A DNA stretch of 64,000 bases from the NCBI GenBank assembly GCA_963825575.1, contig CAWGUB010000018.1, positions 179,419 to 243,418 of the forward strand. Direction: 5' to 3'. The translations under genes and the position numbers were made by a program. Source of the DNA: an uncultured delta proteobacterium (GTDB lineage: Bacteria; Desulfobacterota; Desulfuromonadia; Desulfuromonadales; BM103). Below, piece by piece: positions 48,959-57,390 of the stretch. Position 1 is the first letter of the stretch, and each line of letters begins with the position of its first letter. Below the pieces are notes generated by a model. The model made no database searches. It was given only the letters and a program-made list of their open reading frames with translations, and was not told where the DNA came from.

Positions 48959-49563
48959 GGCTTGCCTCCCTGGTTTTCAGCAAGGGCTTCGTCCCGATGA
49001 TCACGATAGAACTCCAACCCCTTGCGCACGGCACCGACCACAGCCCGGGGTGAGATGGTCGCACCGGTGATCTGATCAAACTCACCACCATCCTTCTTGA
49101 CCCGCCAATCAGCGTTCCCGAGGTTTTTGCCGGCGAAAATTGCCTTGAATGCCGGCAAGGCAATCTTGTCGCCCAGGCCGGGGGTTTCAGTATGGCTGAG
49201 GATCTCAATCCCGGCAATCGTGCCGTCCGGATCAATGCCGACCATAACTTCAATATTGCCGCTGTAACCATCGGGCGCTACGACTTTGAATGCGATCCCG
49301 CTCAGCGTACCGTCCTGCCTGCCACGGTAAAAAGTCCGCAGCACATCCCGACCGCGCTTGTCCTTGCCCGTGACGAGTTGCTGCGTGTCCTCGTCAGGCG
49401 AATTATTCGATTGCGGCAGGACCGCCTGCAGGGCACGCAAGGTTTCCAGACGACGCTGCTCGGCAATCGGTTCACGGGTCACTGCCTCGACCAGGGAAAG
49501 GATCAGGCCGGCGCCGGCAGTAATCAGCGTCAGGACCAGGATCAGACGTGGCATGCTGTTCAT
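48955..49563 (-). CDS. rnfG: Rnf complex subunit G (FMN-binding)
   Basis: 202 aa with an N-terminal anchor and the SGATISPRAV flavinylation-type motif. Confidence 0.85.
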   Translation of the reverse strand: MNSMPRLILVLTLITAGAGLILSLVEAVTREPIAEQRRLETLRALQAVLPQSNNSPDEDTQQLVTGKDKRGRDVLRTFYRGRQDGTLSGIAFKVVAPDGYSGNIEVMVGIDPDGTIAGIEILSHTETPGLGDKIALPAFKAIFAGKNLGNADWRVKKDGGEFDQITGATISPRAVVGAVRKGLEFYRDHRDEALAENQGGKP

Positions 49564-50555
49564 ACCCTGCCCCCTTGACGTAAGGAGCCGAAGGTTCTCG
49601 GTTTCGTGTAACGGTCAATCAGAGGCGTCGCAGCATTCATTAGAAGAATCGCAAACGAAACTCCTTCAGGATATCCGCCGAACAAACGAATCAGGACGGT
49701 CAACACACCGCAGCCCATGCCAAAGAATAGCATGCCCCGAGTCGACACCGGCGTGGTCACCATGTCAGTGGCCATGTAGAAAGCCCCCAGGACCAGTCCG
49801 CCGGTCACCAGGTGAAAAACCGGGCTGGGGTACCTGGCGGGATTGATCAGCCAGAACACGCCGGAAAGCAGGACCACCGTGCCGACGTAGGTCGCCGGGA
49901 TATGCCAGGTCAGAATTCGACGATAAAGGAGATAGGCCGCACCGAGCAACAGAGCCAGAGCTGATACTTCACCGATACAGCCGGGCATATTCCCCAGGAA
50001 ATAACCGGCCATGCTGCCCTGCATTGCGGCGGGCATTTCGCCGGTGAGCATGACGGCATTTTTCCATTCACCCAGAGGGGTTGCCGTTGTCACCAGGTCA
50101 AGTCCGGAACCCAGTGGCGCCGGTGCAGACCAGGTGGTCATCTGTACCGGAAAGGAGATCAGCAGCACGACCCGGGCAACCAGGGCAGGATTGAAAGGAT
50201 TGGAGCCAAGGCCTCCGTAGACCTGCTTGCCAACGGCAATCGCGATCACCGCACCCAGCAACGTCAACCACCACGGGCTGGTCGGCGGTAGGTTGAGGGC
50301 CAGAAGCACTCCTGTAATAGCAGCGCTGCCATCAGCAATCGTCACCGGCTGTCTCATCAGGCGTTGGCAGACAACTTCTGTCGCCAGACAGCCAAGAGTT
50401 GCAATCAGTAGAACGCTCAGAGCGGACGGGCCAAAGAAGTAGATCGCAACAATACAGGCTGGCATCAGACTATACAGCACAGCACGCATGACACTGGAGG
50501 TAGTCTCCCCGGCATGAACGTGAGGCGATGATGACAGATAAAATTGCTGGCTCAT
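49560..50555 (-). CDS. rnfD: Rnf complex subunit D
   Basis: 331 aa, polytopic NqrB/RnfD type (SSSPHVH...). Its start overlaps the rnfC stop (TAATG). Confidence 0.85.
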   Translation of the reverse strand: MSQQFYLSSSPHVHAGETTSSVMRAVLYSLMPACIVAIYFFGPSALSVLLIATLGCLATEVVCQRLMRQPVTIADGSAAITGVLLALNLPPTSPWWLTLLGAVIAIAVGKQVYGGLGSNPFNPALVARVVLLISFPVQMTTWSAPAPLGSGLDLVTTATPLGEWKNAVMLTGEMPAAMQGSMAGYFLGNMPGCIGEVSALALLLGAAYLLYRRILTWHIPATYVGTVVLLSGVFWLINPARYPSPVFHLVTGGLVLGAFYMATDMVTTPVSTRGMLFFGMGCGVLTVLIRLFGGYPEGVSFAILLMNAATPLIDRYTKPRTFGSLRQGGRV

Positions 50556-51883
50556 TATAACAGTGCTTTTCTCTTCTTGGCGAGCACGGCAGCTTTGCCG
50601 TGCCGGATCGCCTGCACCAGCGGAATGCTTGCCGGACAGACATAACCGCAGCTACCGCATTCGATACAATCCATGACGCAATACTCTTCAGTTTCTACAA
50701 CCAGGTCTCGCCGCGCATAAGCGGCAATTGTGGTTGGCAGTAAATTCATTGGACAAGCCTGCACACAGCGCGCACACCTAATACACGGCCCTTCAGGGCT
50801 TTTCGCAACATCTTCTTCACGCAACAATAACAACCCTGAGGTGCCGCGAACAACCGGGACATCAAACCCTACCTGGGTAAATCCCATCATCGGGCCACCG
50901 AGGATAATTTTGCTCGTTTCTTCAACCAAACCGCCACAAACCTCCACCAGGTGCGAAAGAGGCATGCCGATGCGGACACGTAAGTTCTTAGGTTCCTTGA
51001 TCGCCGGACCGGTTACCGTGCAGACCCGTTCAATCAGTGGCCGACCCAACATGACGGCATCGGTCACAGCGGCTGCGGTCGAAACATTATGCACTGCAAC
51101 ACCGACATCCATAGGCAAGCCTCCCGAAGGGACTTCTCTGCCGGTGACTGCGGCTATCAATTGTTTCTCTGCACCTTGCGGGTACTTGACCTCCAACGGC
51201 AGGATCTCAATCGGAGCATCGGCAGATTGTTTCTTCAGTAGGGCAATGGCATCCGGTTTGTTGGCCTCAATGCCGATCACCACGCGCTCCGCACCGTACA
51301 CATACTGAAGCAGTGCAACGCCTTGCAACACCCGCTCCGACTCCTCGAGCATCATGCGGTGGTCAGCGGTCAGGTAAGGCTCACACTCGACCCCGTTGAA
51401 GATCAGGGTGCGGATTGGTTTTTCAGGTGGCGGCAACATCTTGACATGAGCAGGAAAAGCCGCGCCTCCCATACCGACCACACCAGCCTGACGAACCTTC
51501 TCAATCACCTCTTCGGACGTAAGCGACCCAGGGTCGGTAAACTGCAAATTGCACAACCAGCTGTCTTCACCGTCGGGCTTTATGACGACGGCAGGCATAG
51601 ACCTTCCGAAAGGATGAGGACGATTCTCGATCGCAACGACTTCACCGGACGTCGATGCATGTACGGGGACCGAGACGAAACCTTTGGCAGAGCCGACTTC
51701 CTGCCCTTTGGCCACATGCTGACCAAGCTCCACGCAGGCAACTGACGGAGCGCCAATATGCTGCGACAAAGGCACAACCAGTTCGTCCGGCAACGGGCAA
51801 TCCTCGATGGCCTTATGCGACGTCCATTGTTTGTTGTCCGGGGGGTGAATCCCGCCTTTGAAGGTTCTCAGCTTCATTACCAA
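50555..51883 (-). CDS. rnfC: Rnf complex subunit C
   Basis: 442 aa with FKGGIHPP, GMGGAAFP and 2x[4Fe-4S] (CIRCARCVQACP, CIECGSCGYVCP). Confidence 0.9.
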   Translation of the reverse strand: MVMKLRTFKGGIHPPDNKQWTSHKAIEDCPLPDELVVPLSQHIGAPSVACVELGQHVAKGQEVGSAKGFVSVPVHASTSGEVVAIENRPHPFGRSMPAVVIKPDGEDSWLCNLQFTDPGSLTSEEVIEKVRQAGVVGMGGAAFPAHVKMLPPPEKPIRTLIFNGVECEPYLTADHRMMLEESERVLQGVALLQYVYGAERVVIGIEANKPDAIALLKKQSADAPIEILPLEVKYPQGAEKQLIAAVTGREVPSGGLPMDVGVAVHNVSTAAAVTDAVMLGRPLIERVCTVTGPAIKEPKNLRVRIGMPLSHLVEVCGGLVEETSKIILGGPMMGFTQVGFDVPVVRGTSGLLLLREEDVAKSPEGPCIRCARCVQACPMNLLPTTIAAYARRDLVVETEEYCVMDCIECGSCGYVCPASIPLVQAIRHGKAAVLAKKRKALL

Positions 51884-51906
51884 CCGCTACCTAATCAGCC
51901 GCCACA

Positions 51907-52749
51907 TCAGGCCGCATCCGAATTATCATTATTGAGAGGCAAAAAGGTACTGCCCTCCGGGTAACCCTCGTTAAAATCGCGAATACACTTGGTCGGGCAC
52001 TTGGCAATCGCCTCAAACGCTTCCGCATCCTGTTCATAAACAACGGTCGCCAGAAAGTCTTCTACCTTGTATGCGTCAGGGACAGTCTTGTGGCAGATGT
52101 GGCAACCGATGCAACCGATCTGGCAATACTTGCGCACGGCCGCACCCTTATCATGGCTGTTGCACATCACGTGGATACTCGATTCGTAAGGGGTCATGCG
52201 AATCACATCACGAGGACAGACAGCAACACACTTTCGGCAGCCAGTGCATTTTTCTCGGCTGATCACGGCCAAACCATCCGCAGTCATTTCAATTGCATCA
52301 AAGGGGCAGGCCCGTTGACAAGAGGCTAGGCCGAGGCACCCTCCCGGGCAGGCCTTTGGTCCGCCGGCGATCCGTTGCGCCGCATTGCAGTCTTCCAACC
52401 CCAGGTAACGAAACCTGAGCTGTGCTTTTCTGTTATCGCCCTGACACAGGACGACCGCTGTTTGCCGGGCCACAGCGATTGCCTCGACACCCAGGATTCG
52501 GGCCAGTTTTGTCACCAGCTCCGCACCTCCCGGGGGACACAGGTTGGGGTCAGCTTTTCCAGCAATCAGGGCTTTGGCATATCCAGCGCAACCGGGAAAC
52601 CCGCAGGCACCGCAGTTGACTCCGGGCAAAACTTCCATTGCAGCCAGCTCGCGCGGATCAACCTCAACAGCGAATTTCTTTGCTGCGATGCCGAGCGCGA
52701 TAGCGGCGATCATACCGATGCATCCGAGACTCAATATAGCTGCAAGCAT
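51907..52749 (-). CDS. rnfB: Rnf complex subunit B (polyferredoxin)
   Basis: The ATG at 52749 (MLAAILSLG...) lies just after the rnfA stop. It has CGACGFPGCAGYA and several CxxCxxCxxxCP motifs. Confidence 0.85.
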   Translation of the reverse strand: MLAAILSLGCIGMIAAIALGIAAKKFAVEVDPRELAAMEVLPGVNCGACGFPGCAGYAKALIAGKADPNLCPPGGAELVTKLARILGVEAIAVARQTAVVLCQGDNRKAQLRFRYLGLEDCNAAQRIAGGPKACPGGCLGLASCQRACPFDAIEMTADGLAVISREKCTGCRKCVAVCPRDVIRMTPYESSIHVMCNSHDKGAAVRKYCQIGCIGCHICHKTVPDAYKVEDFLATVVYEQDAEAFEAIAKCPTKCIRDFNEGYPEGSTFLPLNNDNSDAA

Positions 52750-52753
52750 CTCA

Positions 52754-53335
52754 TCAACCCTTAACCAGCCCGGCAAAGCCCATAAAAGCCAGTGACAGTA
52801 GTCCAGCTGTCACCAGGGCGACAGCTGTCCCGCGAAAGCTTTTGGGCACTGCACAGAGTTCAAGGCGTTCGCGCAGGCCGGCAAAGAGAACCAGCGCCAG
52901 GGTAAAACCGAGGGCCGCCCCGATGGCGAATACGATCCCTTCCAGAAAGGTATAATCCTTCTGGATATTGAGGACAGCGAGGCCGAGGACCGCACAGTTG
53001 GTCGTAATCAGCGGCAGAAAGATTCCGAGCGACTGGTAGAGCACCGGGCTGACCTTCTGGACCACCATCTCCACCAGCTGCACCAGCGAAGCGATGACCA
53101 GGATAAAGGCGATAGTCTGCAGGTATTCAATACCGAAAGGAATCAGGATGAAGTATTGGACAAACCAGGTCACAACCGTAGCCACGGTCATGACGAAAGT
53201 CACCGCCATCCCCATGCCGAGAGCCGTTTCGACTTTCTTGGAGACCCCGAGAAACGGGCATATCCCAAGGAACCGCGCCAGGACAAAGTTATTGACAAAA
53301 ATGGCGCTTACCAGAATGACGAGCAGATCAGCCAT
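52754..53335 (-). CDS. rnfA: Rnf complex subunit A
   Basis: 193 aa. [37 protein letters not shown] closely resembles E. coli RsxA. Confidence 0.9.
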   Translation of the reverse strand: MADLLVILVSAIFVNNFVLARFLGICPFLGVSKKVETALGMGMAVTFVMTVATVVTWFVQYFILIPFGIEYLQTIAFILVIASLVQLVEMVVQKVSPVLYQSLGIFLPLITTNCAVLGLAVLNIQKDYTFLEGIVFAIGAALGFTLALVLFAGLRERLELCAVPKSFRGTAVALVTAGLLSLAFMGFAGLVKG

Positions 53336-53367
53336 GCACCCTACCTTGTAAATTGGTCAGACCAGCG

Positions 53368-53396
53368 GTTATAAATCAGATGTCGACCAAAGTCAA
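53368..53396 (-). promoter_or_regulatory. candidate rnf promoter TTGACT-N17-TATAAC (minus strand)
   Basis: -35 at 53396-53391 and -10 at 53373-53368, about 30 nt upstream of the rnfA ATG. Confidence 0.45.
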
Positions 53397-53719
53397 ACGC
53401 TATACAATGAAAACTTTTTAGCTTTACTTCAAAAAGGGGCAACCGCTTAGCGGACTTGTCGGACGAGAGGAAAACCTTACCGCAATCATGACTTACTTAC
53501 AAAAAGCAAAGGGGAGATACAGTTAAAGTTTTAGTTTAGCTAAAACATGCTGCGAATAAACGCCCCGCACACGGAGCCTTCTGCAGGCCATACAGCTCCT
53601 TGACAGGCTTCTGCTGCTATGTTAACAGACGGACAGCAAATTCATACTGATTTTCATGAGGCTACATCGACTCAAACACAAGGTGCAATGTACAGCCCGA
53701 AATTACTCAAGGAGCCACT

Positions 53720-55003
53720 ATGAACCACCAGCAGTCCGCCGAACTTTTTCTCAAAGCCAAACAGGTCATTCCGGGTGGCGTCAACAGCCCGGTCCGTGCA
53801 TTTAAATCCGTCGGTTGCGACCCGATCTTCATCGCTCGCGCCGCAGGATCGAAGATCTTCGACGCGGACGGCAACAGCTATATCGATTACGTCGGCTCCT
53901 GGGGCCCGATGATCCTCGGCCATTGTCACCCCAAGGTCGTTGAAGCCATTCAACAGACCGCGGCAACCGGGGCCTCCTTCGGCGCTCCGACCGCTCGCGA
54001 GACCCAGTTGGCCGAGATGGTTTGCGCAGCCTACCCGAATATTGAAAAAGTCCGCATGGTATCCTCGGGGACCGAAGCGACCATGAGCGCCATCCGTCTG
54101 GCGCGCGGCTATACCGGGCGCGACAAGATTATCAAGTTTGACGGCTGCTACCATGGCCATGCCGACTCGCTTCTGGTCAAGGCCGGCAGCGGCCTGGCAA
54201 CCTTTGGCGTCCCAACCTCTCCCGGCGTACCGGCTGACTTTGCCAAGCTCACCCTCACCGCCACCTACAACAACCTGGAAGAAGTCAGGGAAATAGTTAC
54301 GGTCAATCAGGGTGAAGTCGCCTGTATCATCCTTGAACCGATTGCCGGCAACATGGGTTGTGTCGCGCCCAGGCCGGGCTTCCTCGAAGGGTTGCGCCAG
54401 CTCTGCGACGCCGAAGGAATCATCCTGATCATCGACGAAGTCATGACCGGCTTCCGGGTCGCCTACGGCGGCGCCCAGGAGCGGTTTGGCGTTTATGGCG
54501 ACCTGGTCTGCCTCGGCAAGATTATCGGCGGCGGTCTGCCGGTCGGCGCTTTCGGCGGCAAGCGGGAGATCATGGAGGCCCTTTCTCCCGAGGGTGGTGT
54601 CTACCAGGCCGGGACCCTCTCCGGCAACCCGCTGGCCATGAGTGCCGGCATTGCCACCCTGGAACTGCTCCAGGAAAACGGCTTTTACGAAACCATCGAG
54701 GAAAAGAGCGCTTACCTCTGCAAGGGCCTTCAGGATGCCGCGGCAGAAGCGAAGATCCCTACTTCCCTGCAGCGGGTAGGCGGCATGTTCTGCACCTACT
54801 TCCAGCCGGAAGAGGTCTTCTGCTTCAGCGACGTCAGACCGGAAGCCCCACAAGTCTTCGCCAAATTCTTTCGCAGCATGCTCGATCAGGGGATCAACCT
54901 GGCGCCTTCACAGTACGAGGCCGGCTTCATGAGTGTCGCGCATTCGCAGGACGATCTCGACCGGACGATTGAGGCGGCTCGCAAGGCGTTCAAGGGGATT
55001 TAA
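53720..55003 (+). CDS. hemL: glutamate-1-semialdehyde 2,1-aminomutase
   Basis: 427 aa with [20 protein letters not shown] and [15 protein letters not shown]. Confidence 0.95.
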   Translation: MNHQQSAELFLKAKQVIPGGVNSPVRAFKSVGCDPIFIARAAGSKIFDADGNSYIDYVGSWGPMILGHCHPKVVEAIQQTAATGASFGAPTARETQLAEMVCAAYPNIEKVRMVSSGTEATMSAIRLARGYTGRDKIIKFDGCYHGHADSLLVKAGSGLATFGVPTSPGVPADFAKLTLTATYNNLEEVREIVTVNQGEVACIILEPIAGNMGCVAPRPGFLEGLRQLCDAEGIILIIDEVMTGFRVAYGGAQERFGVYGDLVCLGKIIGGGLPVGAFGGKREIMEALSPEGGVYQAGTLSGNPLAMSAGIATLELLQENGFYETIEEKSAYLCKGLQDAAAEAKIPTSLQRVGGMFCTYFQPEEVFCFSDVRPEAPQVFAKFFRSMLDQGINLAPSQYEAGFMSVAHSQDDLDRTIEAARKAFKGI

Positions 55004-55037
55004 GCAGATATCAAATCTATTTGCAGTGAACAAACTA

Positions 55038-55570
55038 AGGGCAATGGGTGGTTAATCTGTTGCCCTTAGTTTGTTGTGCTCTGGGATTTAAAGACAAAAG
55101 CAAAACCCGGGGGTTGCGCCCCCCGACTGCGCCTTACTCTTTTGCTGGCCCAAAAGAGTAAGCAGAAAAAGGCCTGCGCTGCGCTGGGCATGTCTGGTTC
55201 GTCAAGGCGGCAACCTCAATCCGGATGGTTCTTATCGATCAAGAGCCCAGCTTTCCCCCGCAGGAGCCGAGGCTCTTGAGAGCCTCTCCTGCAGTGGAGA
55301 CTTGCGTTGATAGAGCTTGTTTTGGCTTTCCCCTGGTAAATTACACGGCAAGGTCAGGCCCTTTGACACAGGGCCGGATCCTTATCACAGCAGGTTCTTG
55401 AAGTCACAGAAATCCGGCAAAGGAGATGCCCTCCGCAAGGAGAAGGCACTTTTGCATACTTTTGTTGCCGGACAAAAGTATGGCGTCGGGCGGGACGCGA
55501 CCCGCCGGTTTTGCTTTTGTCTTTAACTTCCAAAGTCTAATAAAAAGGGCAACGGGTTAACCCGCCTTTG
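55038..55570 (+). mobile_element. MITE-like structured repeat, copy C (best-preserved termini; core 55088-55526)
   Basis: The core ends are perfect 14-nt inverted repeats TTAAAGACAAAAGC / GCTTTTGTCTTTAA. The left outer hairpin lies at 55038-55066 and is extended by CAAACTA/TAGTTTG. The right outer hairpin is degenerate (55544-55569). Confidence 0.75.
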
Positions 55571-55600
55571 CACTTGTGGGTTGAATCAACGAGAGCTGAA

Positions 55601-55637
55601 AGCCACGCACTTAATAAATTTGTGTGCGGGGCTTTTT
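55601..55637 (+). terminator. terminator-like hairpin downstream of copy C (possibly the displaced hemL terminator)
   Basis: AGCCACGCAC-13 nt-GTGCGGGGCT pairs at 9 of 10 positions and is followed by TTTTT. Confidence 0.45.
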
Positions 55638-55761
55638 GCATGCACATAGAGTCTGTCAGAATGCCCCGCGCAAGACTAACCTCTGTTCAAAATACACAAA
55701 CAAGCTTATCATCCGTGGTGTTGTATACTTATGGGACATCCCGACATCAAGGAGAAGATTG

Positions 55762-57267
55762 ATGGACATCAAAATCCGCAAAACATCCCCGCTGCAAATA
55801 AAGACCCCATGCATGGTGATCGGTGTCTGCGAGAAGGATTTTTCAAAACCTCTATTAAAAGAACTTGATCAGAAGCTCGGCGGTCTGCTCCGCAAGGCGC
55901 AGCGCAATGGAGAATTTTCCGCCAAGGCGGATGAACAGATTCTTTTCCAACCCGCCGGACACCTTCCGGCAGAGCGTGTTCTCCTCATCGGCCTCGGCCG
56001 GGCAGAAAAGATCACAACCGAGAAGATCCGTCGTGCGGCCGGTCAAGCAATACAGCTGGTTGCAGAAAGAAAGTTTGGCTCGATGGCATTTGCCTTGCCG
56101 CCCGGCACCGGCGGAAGTGATTATGCCGCTCAGGTCCAGGCTGCAGCAGAAGGACTTCTTCTGGCCAGCTACCGCTACGACCTGTTTCTCGGCGGAAAAG
56201 CTAAAGGTTCACGCAAACTGCCGAAAGCTGTAACCCTGATGGTCGAAGCTGAACATGACAAGAAAGGCTGCGAGGCTACCGTTGAAAAGGCGCAAAAACT
56301 CTGCCGAGCCGTGATCTTGGCCCGTGATCTCGTCAATACGCCAGGGAACATAAAATCGCCTGCCTTCCTCGCAGAACAGGCACAGGCGGCGGCAGGTGAA
56401 AGCACATTGAAATGCACGGTTCTCGGCCAGAAACAATTAGTCAAGGAAGGTTGCAGCGCCCTGCTCAGCGTGGCCCAGGGCAGCGCACGAGAGCCCCGGC
56501 TGATTATCCTGGAACATCATGGCGGCGGCAAAGGCGAGGCGCCAGTCGCCCTGATCGGCAAAGGCGTCACTTTTGATTCCGGCGGCATATCGTTGAAATC
56601 GCCCGAGAAGATGGATGAGATGAAGATGGACATGGGCGGTGGCGCAGCGGTTATCGGCACCATGCTGGCGGCCTCACTGCTAGAATTGCCGGTCAACCTG
56701 GTCGGCATCATACCCGCAGTGGAGAATATGCCCTCGGGAACGGCCTATCGGCCGGGCGACATATTGACCAGCCTCTCCGGCCAGACGATCGAGGTCCTCA
56801 ACACCGATGCCGAAGGCCGCCTGATCCTTGCCGACGCCCTGACTTATGCAAAACGTTACGAGCCAAGACTGGTCATTGATCTGGCGACCCTGACCGGGGC
56901 CTGCATCATCGCCTTGGGTCATCAGGCCACGGCCGTCCTGGGCAACGACCAGAAGCTTGTCCAGTCGCTTTTGAACGCCGGGGAGAAAAGCGGTGAGCGT
57001 CTCTGGCAACTACCGCTCTGGGAAGAGTATGATCAGCTGATCAAAAGCAGTGTTGCCGACGTCAAAAACACCGGCGGCCGGCCGGCCGGCACAATCACCG
57101 CAGCAGCCTTCCTGAAGAAGTTTGCGAATGATTTCCACTGGGCCCACCTGGACATCGCCGGCACGGCCTGGCGCGACCAGGATCAGCCTTACACACCGAA
57201 AGGCGGGACCGGAGTCGGCGTGCGACTGCTGATTGAATTTTTGCACGACCTGGCTGCCGCAGAATAA
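55762..57267 (+). CDS. pepA: leucyl aminopeptidase (M17)
   Basis: The ATG at 55762 has AAGGAGAAG upstream. It has the NTDAEGRL signature and VALIGKGVTFDSGG. Confidence 0.9.
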   Translation: MDIKIRKTSPLQIKTPCMVIGVCEKDFSKPLLKELDQKLGGLLRKAQRNGEFSAKADEQILFQPAGHLPAERVLLIGLGRAEKITTEKIRRAAGQAIQLVAERKFGSMAFALPPGTGGSDYAAQVQAAAEGLLLASYRYDLFLGGKAKGSRKLPKAVTLMVEAEHDKKGCEATVEKAQKLCRAVILARDLVNTPGNIKSPAFLAEQAQAAAGESTLKCTVLGQKQLVKEGCSALLSVAQGSAREPRLIILEHHGGGKGEAPVALIGKGVTFDSGGISLKSPEKMDEMKMDMGGGAAVIGTMLAASLLELPVNLVGIIPAVENMPSGTAYRPGDILTSLSGQTIEVLNTDAEGRLILADALTYAKRYEPRLVIDLATLTGACIIALGHQATAVLGNDQKLVQSLLNAGEKSGERLWQLPLWEEYDQLIKSSVADVKNTGGRPAGTITAAAFLKKFANDFHWAHLDIAGTAWRDQDQPYTPKGGTGVGVRLLIEFLHDLAAAE

Positions 57268-57390
57268 CCACGGTTCAACGGCCTGACATGCCGGCCTTTC
57301 GCCTTGACAGGTGAAATGCCGGTTGCTAGGTTACTGTGTTCGGGTATAAATAATTACAGCGACACATCAATCTATTCTGTGACGGGTTCT

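Noticed and set aside
53672-54853. 393-aa minus-strand ORF overlapping hemL, plus the alternative plus-frame ORF 54358-54972
   Set aside because: hemL in its own frame has unmistakable aminotransferase class-III motifs. The overlapping frames read as Arg/Gly/Pro-rich nonsense.
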